From Euglena gracilis (Eukaryota), in the NCBI GenBank assembly GCA_039621445.1, contig CP154954.1, positions 41,037,572-41,101,571 of the forward strand: DNA of 64,000 nucleotides, read 5' to 3'. Position numbers and translations under genes: made by a program. Positions 1-64,000 of this stretch are shown here, piece by piece. The notes beneath the pieces are model-generated. The model was given only the letters and a program-made list of their open reading frames with translations, was not told where the DNA came from and searched no databases. Each line of letters opens with the position of its first letter. Within the stretch, counting starts at the first letter, position 1.

Positions 1-479
1 AACATGTTTACTGAATAAGAGAAGGTTTGCACACGTTATGATTCAGTTTTCGGGACAAGAATGGCGAAAAATTATGATTTTCAGAAACCCCACCTGCCGG
101 TGCTTTGATTTGCAAAGGCAACGCCTTCGTTGAGGTGGAGGGACATCGAATGGCCAGGCGGCGGCGGGGGGGGGGTGGGAGGGTGCGGCTGGTTGCGACC
201 AGCAAACAACAATGGCGCGGGGGGTATTCATATTATATTATTGTTTATTATTATTGGTGGCGGTGTGAACTCACCTCCACCCCTCGGAATCGGCCGAACA
301 GCCAGGGTGGTGGGTGGGGGGGGGGGTCGACCAGCCCCCCCCCCCCACCCCCTGCATGGTGGGTGGGGGGGGGTCGACCACCCCCACCCACCGCCACCTC
401 TTCCCGTATTTCCGGGAACACCAATTTTTGGACCCGAAAATTTTTTTCGGCGCTGGGTGTTTTTTTTGACCCATTTTGG

Positions 480-850
480 GACCCAATATAGGGGGTCCCC
501 CCAAAAACCACCCAAAACCCCATTTTTTCACATCTTCCAAAAACCTTCGACATTTTCGGAAAATGTTGATTTTGAGAGGTTTTTGAAGCAAAAAATGCCA
601 TTGAAAGTCCAAAAAATTTCAACGAGAGAAAAAATGTCAGTAAAATTTGACTGTGCCAAAATTTCGTCCACTTTTTTTGACCTTCGTTTTTTTCACTCCC
701 CCCCCCTAAAAAGTACCAATTTTTAGGACGGAAATTTTTGGATTTTTTTGTGAAAAAATTGTGGTTCTCCATCAAAAAATCATGTGTTTTGGGTTCATTT
801 TTCAAAAAAAAATCAAAAATTTTTCTGGCCAAAATCCCCGTTTTCCCGAA
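480..850 (+). repeat. Dispersed repeat, copy of ~28309-28680
   Basis: Shared GGACCC..ATAGGGGGTCCCCCCAAA..TTGATTTTGA..GGTTTTTGAAGCAAAAAATGCCATTGAAA..CCATCAAAAAAT..GGGTTCATTTTTCAAA. Confidence 0.8.
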
Positions 851-1001
851 ATCGGTGAAAATGCTGTGGTGGGTGGGGGGGTCGACCACCCCTCTCACCA
901 GGCCTTCCCGTTCTGCCCTGCCCCTCCCTGCCGCCTGACCAGTCCACTCCCCCCCTCCTGGGGGTGCAGCGGCCCCTCCCGCCCGCCCTCCGCCGGCCCA
1001 G

Positions 1002-18376
<17,375 letters not shown>

Positions 18377-18812
18377 AGCGGGGGGCTCCCCCCAATCCCA
18401 ACCGCCAGCCATCACCGACGCCTGCTTTTCAACGCGTTGCCAGTGTCACAGGTTTGCACACGGGTCATGCGATGCACAGCAGTCGGCTCTCTGTGCTCTC
18501 CTGGTGATGAGTTGACATTGCCATCAATCCTCCTGCCAGAAAAACCCCTGCCCCTGAGAATTGGCTTCTCAAGCCTGGCCATGGGTTGCCAAATTGGCCT
18601 CATGGGAGATCCCCCCTCTGCGCGTTCAACTGTGGCCTCCCCGAAAAATGGTGTCCTTTTTACTGGGTGAAAATTGGCCCAAGTAGGCCAGGCGAAGTTA
18701 TTTCCACTTATTTTTTTAAAAAAAGCCTGCCAAAATTGACAGGCTTTTTATGCATTTTGCATGCATTTTTTTGCAGGGGAAAAAACCAAAGAGAAACCGC
18801 AACGCCTGGGAG

Positions 18813-19033
18813 CAGGCTATTGCTTAAGGGTTTGTAGTACCCCCCCCCCCCCCGGGGGGGGGGCTGCAGCTAATCCAACTTTGGCTCCACCTGAGCACGC
18901 ACCCCTGAAGGATTTTTTTCCCTAGTCAGGGGACCCCAGAACCCCCCCCCCCAGGGGGGAGGAGGGTTTAGGTCCAGCCAGTGGCTTTTTCCCCCATTGT
19001 CTAGCAAAATGGCTATCCTTAAGCAATAGCCTG
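18813..19033. mobile_element. hAT-like MITE (family B)
   Basis: TIR CAGGCTATTGCTTAAGG / CCTTAAGCAATAGCCTG. TSD CCTGGGAG / CCTTGGAG. Relatives at 22543-22904, 34234-34696 and ~7850-8180. Confidence 0.85.
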
Positions 19034-21641
19034 CCTTGGAGGTTGGTATCTGGGTCTCAAGCAGAGTTCCAACGGGACAAGCCAAAAGGCGGGCCAAAAA
19101 CCGTACCCCCCCACCCCGGGATTTGTCTTCAGCCAAGTTGGCGAGACCCAGGCCCCCGCTGGCTTGTCATGTGGAGATGTGCTGCCTAGGACTCTGTTTG
19201 CTTGACCGGTCAGATGGCCACTTCCCAGGCGTGGGGGGTGGTGGGCCCTCAGCCATCAGGAAGATAGCCGAAGTCCATCCGCCCCTTTCAATTCATCGGA
19301 GTTCGTTCTCCCCCCAGAGCTCTGTCCTTGAAGGCACTTCTTACTCCCCACTCAATTCTCTATTTCTCCCCCATTTATTTTATTCATTTGGGAACTCACC
19401 GGCAGACCGTTTCTGCCTGTCCGTGGCTGCCTGCGTCCTGCGGCAGAGCATCTTCTGCAGCAAACGTGCAGTTGGGGCCGCACGGCCGGCCGATGTGTCT
19501 GTTGTGGCCCCGCCCAAAAAGCGAATCCCACCTCCCACGGCACCCCTCCCTAGTTCCCCTGGATCCCCCCTCTTTTTCCCTTCCTTTACTCAGCACCCTG
19601 GGGGGAGTGCATCGTCAGCCGGATCCAAATGGGATGGCGGATGCCTGCACGGAAACGTGTGCAAGGTTCTGGCCGGCGGTGGACTGGATACGGGCTGCCT
19701 CGCTCAAATCTTTGGCCCCAACCTGCAATTCAGCAGAAGTTCTGATTTGTTTGGTGTTGGACCCATTTCACTTTTCTTGGGTCTGGCTCAACCCATTCTC
19801 ATTCGGGGCCTCGGTGCCTCCTGCCACCCCACAGTGCAGCGCGGCGTTTTGACCCCTGCTTCCCTGCACATATGCCTCAGTCTGTATGCCACTCATGGGG
19901 AGGCGAACAGCATTTGCGTTGCCTGAACCAGTGTTGGGACACACTTCATCATGCCCTGCTCCCCAAAGTATCTCTATCTGCCACAAAATTCCCAATAAAT
20001 CCGAAAATGTGTGTGTATGCGGCCAATTTTTTTGAATGTCTTTATTTCATTTTGTCCTCTTGCGGTCATTGGGTACTCTTGCTGATATGCATATGGATGC
20101 AATTTCTGATTTCAAGAAGAGTGCGGTGATACACACAATGTGCACTTTTTGCTAAGTTTCCTTGACCTTCATGGAGTTCGGAAGGAGTGGTTGGGGCAGG
20201 TATTGGGCATTATTTGGGGTTTATCTGATGGGAGGTTTGGTACTTGTATCTTTGTTGCTGAAATTGATTGATTTTTTTGAAACAGAACATTGACGGCATT
20301 CAGCACAGTCAGACCGCCTCCCCCTGCCCCCACCTCAAGTCCCCCAACCCGACCTTCAAGCGACCCCTCCGGGCGGTGGACGACATCGCATTCCTCGCCC
20401 AGCTGACGAACGCTCTCGCCCGGGCGGGGCCGGCGACGGGCCGACAGCCGGGGCAGCCAGCGCGGTAACGAGCAGGGGACTGGCTTCCCTGCCATCCATG
20501 GGTGGGCCGAGCGTTACCCTCCCCAACTTTTTGGGGAGGGGAACCTCCCAAATTGGTGGGCACCTCCACAACAAGGAGTGCTGCTCATGGCACATATACC
20601 TATGCGTGGGGCCAGGGGTGACCCCCCCCCCGCTCATTAACCGCCCCCAAATCCCCTTGCACATCAAAGAGTTTTGCAGCTGCATCCCACCCCAGGGGGG
20701 AGGTCCAGCCAGCCAGCACTTTTTTTCCCGGCCAGCAGCTCCCAGCCGGGCTGTGGACCCCCCGGGGAGGGGGGTCGAGTGGTAATAAAGCTTTCGCAGC
20801 CCGGTGAAGCTGGGTTGGAAATATTTTGAAAAAATAGGGTCAAAAATGGCCAGAAACGCTATTTTTGGTGCTCTTTTGGGTTTGCACCTCAAAAGAATAG
20901 CTGAAAAAAAATGCATCTCAGTCGGATTTGGGCTTTTTTTTGCTTGTTTTCAAGTTCCAGCCCGGCAGCCAAGTTGGAACCACCTCCCTGGACCTCCCAC
21001 CCCTGGGGGGGGGGGTCCAGCCAGCACCTTTTTTCAGCGGGCTGGACCCCCCCAGGGAGGAAGCCTTCGTGCAACTCAGGGGGTCTTGAGGAATTCCCTA
21101 TTCCACATCCCCAAAAGACATTCTCAAGGGTGTGTGGAATGGGTGCATACCCAACCAGAATTATGCCAATTGGAGGTATGGGGGGGGGAATTGATCTCGC
21201 GGTTTCAAACGACAGGGCTGACAGGGATGCCCTGTTTTTATTGCAGATCTTGGTTTATGGTCGCACATTGCAAACTGCAACCAAAGGCCGATCAAGGAAA
21301 AAATCAAAGGACAATTTGTAACCCCCCCTGTGAAGAACAATGAAAACTTTTGGACCTTTTTTAGAGGAGTTATTTCGCCCAAAACTGACATTATTTGGAT
21401 TTTTTTGACCTGAAATGCCAATTCCGATGACTATCAAAATTGTGTTGTATGGGGATTTTGAGTGATTTTTGACCAGCGATTCCTTGACTTATCCCCCCCC
21501 CCCCTGATCCAGCCAGCCAACCAAGCCAGATCGCACTGGCCCCGGAGAGTGCATCAGTGGGGGAGGGGGTGCGGTTCAGCCCCGACGGGCCTTCCGCCCC
21601 CCACACATTGGGAGCGCCGCCCCCGCCCGTCCCCCAACCAG

Positions 21642-40880
<19,239 letters not shown>

Positions 40881-41312
40881 CTCCTCAAGGTGACCCCGGT
40901 GGTAAACTAATCATCTTGGTGTTCTTCTCTGTCATGTTTAGTTACTCATCCCCCCCCAATACTACCCCTCGACTCTCCATCATCATCCAGGGGAAAAATT
41001 TTGATCATTTTGCCTTTTTTTGCAAACAGTTTCTGCAAGAAAATGAAAAGGTGAGAATTCGGTGAAGATTTCCCCTCCCCACAAAGTTGTTATGTTCCCG
41101 AGAAGTTGTGACCTGGGCCTGACATGTTGTGTTGGGAGTTGTTACCTGGGCTTGTGCCGACTGACTTGTCAGGTGACAAATTTTCGGGGCGATTTTAATC
41201 CTGTCAGAAATTCATGAAATTAGAACTAATCATAGCTTTTTTGGTAATGTTTTGGGGGTCCATTATGGCGAGATTGAGAATTTGTTGAGAATTTAGTATT
41301 ATTGCTGTTGTT

Positions 41313-41351
<39 letters not shown>

Positions 41352-42201
41352 ATTCTTTTGTGGATACGGAATCTGTGGTTTCAACACAGGATTTATTGCT
41401 GCACCAGATCTTGGGGAGGAGAGGCCACATTCCAAAGGCCACACACCAAAAGAACCACCTTCACCGTGTTGGAATTACCGCTTGGATGCAAGCGTCTTTC
41501 GGCCCCCCCCTCAAAGAGTCACCTTGGTCCCACGCAGGGGCACTGCTGCACTTCTTTCACTATGGTGCCCCGGCACACCATAGGCGGGCCAGGGCATCCA
41601 GGAGCCTCCTCCCAATGGGGGGAGCTGTCGCTCCCCTCCACCTCCAGAGTGAGTGCCACACCTTGGAGGCTGGCACTCCACCTCAGAAGGGTGACAGTTG
41701 GCCCACCAGCGATAAAACCTCAGTGCAAACCTGACAGATGGCAAGCAACAAATACCAAAAGAACGTCACCATAAACAGGCTGTATCATAAGTCAGCCTTT
41801 ATCCCCTTGTTTTTTTCGTATGTGCTCGAAGTCGTCCATCGACCGATATTTCTCGCGGTTTTGGAAGTGGGTGGAGGCTCCCCCCTTTTGGAGTGGAGGG
41901 CATTCCTATTGCGAATCCGAGGGCTCTCCAGGCTGCCCTCAGAGCCCCAACCCCGACTCCCGGGTCCGGCTGCGACTCCAACCGCGTCAGCCCCGTGTCG
42001 TCCTCCTCGGGGGCCGCCGCCTCCAGCCCCACCTTTCCCCCGGCCAAGCCCAGCACCTCCGACCCCGGCGCTTGACCCCTGGCTGCAGCAGTCGCACCGC
42101 CACCCCCACCACCGCCACCGTCTCCTTCTCATCGCCACGTCCTCACTTCTTCTGCTGTCCTCCAGAGAAAAAAACAGGCACGGGAAAGACAGTTCTTTCA
42201 C

Positions 42202-42641
42202 CAGGGGGGGGGAAATGCGTTTCGCATTTTTTCGCATTTTTGCGCATTTTTTTGCGCATTTTTTTCAAATTTTCCAAAAATGCGCATTTTTGCGCATTTT
42301 TTTCGCATTTTTTTTTCATTTTTTCAGCGCATTTTTTTTGCTTTTTGGCACATTTTTTCGTGATTTTCCAAAATTTTCGCATTTTTTTGACCATTTTTGC
42401 AATTTTTTGCAAAAAAATTTGAAATTTTCAACTTTTTTTGAAACTTACATTTTCCTCATTATTCTACATAATTTCTTCAAATTTGGTGCCATTTTTGCAT
42501 GTTTTGGGGTAATTTTTGCATTTTCGTGATTTTTGCGCATTTTTTTCTCGGATTTTGCACATTTTTGCACATTTTTTTGCGCATTTTTGCGCATTTTTGC
42601 GCATTTTTTCCGAAGCCGGGCGAGCGCATTTCCCCCCCCTG
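42202..42641. mobile_element. MITE with internal TTTTTGCGCA repeats
   Basis: TIR CAGGGGGGGGGAAATGCG / CGCATTTCCCCCCCCTG. Both flanks contain CTTTCAC, but the register is imperfect. Confidence 0.7.
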
Positions 42642-43764
42642 AACTTTCACCCACCCAGTCCAGGCATTCTGAAACACGCATTTTTGGGATGACCCTCCGT
42701 CCCTGAGAGGCTGATTTGCTCGGGCATTCGCTCACAAAGAATTCTTCCGGGGGCATGTTTTCCCCCACCTCCACTCCTCTGGTAGTTTCCATCGCTTTGT
42801 GCTTTGTGTGCCTGAAACACGTCCCGAATCGTTGTGCAGGGTGGTTTTGTTCCTGACAGCCTCATACCCCTCACCAACCCTCCGGCTGTCGGGCCACCTT
42901 CAGGCATCTGCAATGTGTTGCCACCTCTCACCCTTGCGGTGCGTGTCGCCATCTGTGTACTTTTACATCCCACCCTCCTCATACCTCGCACGCGCAGCCG
43001 ATCGCACTCAGTCTGCGATCGGCCCATCTGCATTTTGCTGATGGGTGAGGTGGTTCGATTCACTCCCCTAAGAAAGGATAATGCGGGTTGGTTGGTTGGT
43101 TGGTTGGTTAAAAGACATTGCTGGTGCCACTCGGTGTTTTGGGACACGCGGGCATTCTGAGCCCTATGGACAGTTCACCATAAAGGACTTGCCCAACAAC
43201 AGGGATTTGCACACACATGGGACACCACACACGTTACACAAGGGATTTTGGCATTTTGTGGCCCTCTGAACAGCTCCCTGCAAAAACCGCGAACAACATT
43301 TGAGGAGGCTCCTACGGCGCCTCCTGCCGTAACCCCGCCACCACCTTCTAACTCCCACCCCAAAAGCAAAAATTATGCTATTTTTTTTTGGCATTTGGTG
43401 TTATTTTTTTGGTGCAATGAGCCAAGCGACTTGCGGCCCCCCTAATTAGGAGCCCCCTGTGGGCCTTCGATTTCACGCCTAGCCGGACCCCTTTGCTGTC
43501 AACACCCCTGTTCGCCGTTCTTTCCCCCAAACAGCGAAGTCGGATCCTGCTTCTGGCTGCGGACTGGCATCCCCCCTCCTCTCTCCCCCTCGCAGCCGGT
43601 TTGAAGGTCGGCGCCGCTGCGGCCCGACCGTGCGGGCCGGGGCGCCCGCCACCGCCGCCCCCGGACCCGGACCCGCCCGCCCGCCGCCGCCGCTGGCTGC
43701 GCCGCGCCCGGCACCCCACCCCCTGCCCTGCCGAGGGCCCCGCCACCGCCGGGCACGGGCAGGC

Positions 43765-60570
<16,806 letters not shown>

Positions 60571-63500
60571 ATAGTGCCGCTGGCCGGCTGGCCCATCTCT
60601 CTTTGCTGCGGTTCTCCTTGTTCCCTTGTGGGGTGGACAGGGATGAATGGGAAGCCTTCGGTTTTGAGGTAGGTCGCCCTTGGGGTCCAGCGCACCCTCG
60701 GGGGGGGAAGTCGGATGGGGACTCCAGACCCACCCCCGGCCCTCTTTTGGCCGAAACCACGGAAGTTTTTCTTTCGATGCTGCGCCTCAGAGACATTCGC
60801 CTATTTGCTCGCTGTCTTTCATGCCTTTTCGCTTTTTTGAGTATTTTTTGGGTTTTATCATTATTTGCATATTTGTCAGTTTATTTGTGCCTCACAATTT
60901 TCTTTGTGTCCTCTATGGGTTGGTGCACAAGATCCCAGAGGGTTTTTTCCCCCACAAAGTCTAAACGAGGAGGAAGAGTTTTGCTAACATGAAGTATAAT
61001 TTGTAACAAAAATTCTTCTGTCTTTCAACTTTGTTTATTTCCATCCTTTTATCAGTTTTTGTTGACCACCAGGCACCTACAGCCGACCAGGGCTGACCAG
61101 GGCTGACCAGGTGCGACCCAGGCTGGGTCATTTTCAAGGCCACCATCAGTGGGGTTCCGACCAGGGGCGACCAGGGCCGACTTCACAGTTTGTCAGCCGC
61201 AGCGGCAGTATTTGGGAAACACGGAAGTCTTACCCAGTTGTACCTGCTTGGCCTGTCATGTTCCATTTCTGGCTTCGTCTGGCCACCCTTTGCTGCTGTT
61301 GACTGCTTTTGGCCAGCTTTGGGCCAGGGCAGTGCGGGAATCGGCCAAACAGCCAGGGTGGTGGTTGGGAGGGGTCGACCACCCCACCCCAACCCCTGTG
61401 TGGTGGGTGGGGGGAGTCGACCACCCCCACCCCCCACCAGCTCCTCCCGTATTTCCCGGAGCACCAATTTTCGACCCAAAATTTTTGTGAAAATGCTGTG
61501 GTGGGGGGGTCGACCCCCCCCCACCAGGCCTTCCCTTACAGCCCTGTGCTCCTTTGCTCACTTTTGGCCATTTTTACCACCTTGGCCGCTTTTAGGCCAT
61601 TTTATCATTTTTTTGTTGCTTTTGACTGTTTTTTTTTGTGCCGACTTCTGGCCACTTTTTGCTGTCTTCTGACCGCTCTTGGCCACCCTTGCCAAATCTT
61701 GTTCGTTTTTTGCTGTTGTTTTGACCCATTTCCTGATGTTTGGTCATTATTCAGTCACTGCTTTCGATTGCTTTTGGCACTTTTGTTGATTTGTGGCCAC
61801 TTGTTGCTGCTTTTTTGACTTCAAACACAACAAAAAGAAGCCCAAAGTGGCCTAAAGGTGGCAAAGGTGGGTAAAAAAAAATGGTAAAAGGTGTGCAAAA
61901 GAGGCAAAAGAGACAAAAGTGGCCAAAGCAGTAAGAGGTAGCCAAAGGCAGTCTAAAAAAGCAGCAAAAAGGTGGCAACCAGGCATTGTTTTTTTTAAGG
62001 CAAAATTTTCAAGATTTTTGAAGGTTTTTTAAGGGTTTTTTAAGGTATTAAGAATCTTTAAGGCGCCTATATTTCATGGACGGTCAAAATGCCATCCGGG
62101 CATCGAACCAACGTCGGTCCAGGTTGAAAATCAAACACATTTTTTTTGAGTTTTGGGTGGATGGACAATGTTCAGTGATGCAAGAAATCATCATTTTTTC
62201 CCCTGGAGTTGGCCTGTTTTTGCCAATATTTTGAGACTTCTGTTTCGCTCAAAATTCGAAAAATTCCAGAACCACTTTTTTTAAAGGGGTTTTCAGGTTT
62301 TTTCAGGCTCCTTAAAAAAATAATGCCTGGTGGCAACGAAGTGTCCAAAAGTGGTAAAAGCAGGAAAAGCAGCCTGAAAGTGGCCGAAGTGGCCATAAGG
62401 CCAAAAGTCGGTAAAAGTGGCCAAAAGTGGCCAAAAGTGGGCAAAAAAGCACAGAAGCCATCAAAAATGCCAAATTGGCCAAAAGGACCAAAAGTTGCCT
62501 AAACGTTGCCAATGGTGCACAAAGTGGCCCAAGAAAAAATAGAGCACCCAAAATTGGCTTAAATGGCTAAAATTGGCCAAAAAGCTGCCCCCCCCCCAAA
62601 AAAAACGGGCAAAAGAGGTCGAAATTGGGTAAATGGGTAAAAGTAAGAAAAGTGGGCAAATGTGTTTCAAAGTGTATTGTACGGTCGTGACATATGCTGA
62701 CCCCCACCTGCGGCCGACCATTTGCCAACCAGGGCCGACCAGGGCCCACAGTTTACCCATGCATTAAAGAATTAGAATGCCCCAATTCAAATGCATCCAA
62801 AATTGAGGGTTTTTTTCCCTCAAAAGCGAGAACAAGGGAGAGAGGAGGACAAATGTGTGTTTTCAATTCAGAAGTAGTTCTTCCAAGAGAATTGCAGTCT
62901 TTCTTTTCTTTCTGCTTTCTTTTCTTTTTATTTTTTTTCCTTCTGGCGGGTTTTTAACGCAACTTAGTTTTTTAACCCGCAAGCATGTTTTTGTATTTTG
63001 TGATTATTTTTTTATGTTTGTTGTTTCAAGTTCATAGAATATCTGTTTCATTTTGCATTCTTCAAGTTTGTTGTTTTGTTGATTTTTTTTGAAAAATCCA
63101 ACCAATTGGTTTTTTTTGTGTGCTTATTTTTTGACTTTTTGAGTTTCCCCCAAAATTTCACGGAAGAGTCAGAATAGCAAGTATCATGAAAAAGTGTAAT
63201 GTCAAAATCATGAAACGGTGCTGTGAAAAAAGGTTTTGTTGTATCTCAGGAATTTTGGGTCTTCCCAGTGTGTTAAATGTGGAAAAAGTGCGAAATATTT
63301 AAAAATTCTTCACATACAGTGAGGAAATTTTCGCTTTGCATAAAATGTTGCAATTTGTTGACCAAAAATGGAAAAATGACAAAAATGACAAAAATTTTGG
63401 CGTAAGGGTAAAATGGGTGCAAAAAAAAAACAGAAGGACACACACAAAAGCATAAATCTTGCCAAAATAAAAAAAAATGCAAAAAGAACGCAAAAAAAAG

Positions 63501-64000
63501 CCGTCCCCCCCCCTTCAAGGACAGATGCATGCCATTTCCGGAAGTTTCCCCTCCCCCAACCCCAGGAAGACTGTCAGCTGACCGGTCGACGCCTGGGACC
63601 CTGAAAATTTCGTTTAACAACAGGTTGGCTTACCAGGGACCCTGGCATATTCTCGAGAACAAAAATTTCCCGTGGGGCCTGTGACAAGGATTTGCTCTGA
63701 TGAGAATTTTTGGCAGAGTTCCATGAAATCCCATACCCCTTGGAGCAATAACTCACATAATTATGGAACAACTTGGATTTCAAAATTCAACACTGGATGA
63801 GATTTCCCCCTGCTATGGAATTGCCTACTTTTGTAGAGGAGTGAGATGCCCCTCTTGCTGTTGGTTGACAGACTAGACTAGACAGAAAGGAACTGCCATG
63901 CCATCCCACTCTCCCAGGGTCGGGCAATGGGGATGGCAAAAAGATTGAAGTGTAAATAAGTCGTGGGCGAATTTCAGAATCCAAATTTGGAGGTCAAACC

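Noticed and set aside
61325-61546. TSD of this family A copy
   Set aside because: The flanks (CTTTGGGC / TGCTCCTT) do not match, so it is not used as TSD evidence.

Overview
This is eukaryotic nuclear DNA, most likely a euglenid (Euglena-like). That is an inference from the mix of GT-AG introns and non-conventional, stem-closed introns with CAG at +4..+6 and CTG at -8..-6. Most ORFs in the supplied track are artefacts of microsatellites and GC-rich repeats. Three highly fragmented + strand genes can be pieced together by eye: (1) <1002-18376, a KH-like + RRM-like + DUF2431/BMT5-like RNA methyltransferase-domain protein; (2) ~19.6-42 kb, an M20D amidohydrolase-fold protein that has lost most metal ligands; (3) ~43.7-60.6 kb, a Pro-rich unknown protein with four exon-encoded F-x-V-F-D-G-A-C-x-F-x-x-R-F repeats. 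Introns are packed with nested non-autonomous DNA transposons. The main observation is that at least ten free MITEs have CAG...(C/A)TG ends and 8-bp target-site duplications (hAT-like). The non-conventional introns are cut 3 nt outside the CAG and 5 nt outside the CTG (3+5=8), so splicing removes the element plus exactly one TSD. Two frame-verified introns (4718-5374 and 11632-11995) resemble free MITE families at both ends and retain partial TSDs. This points to a transposon system that is spliced out without a scar and generates introns. All alignments and splice calls are manual, with no transcript data. Long homopolymer runs may contain assembly errors.
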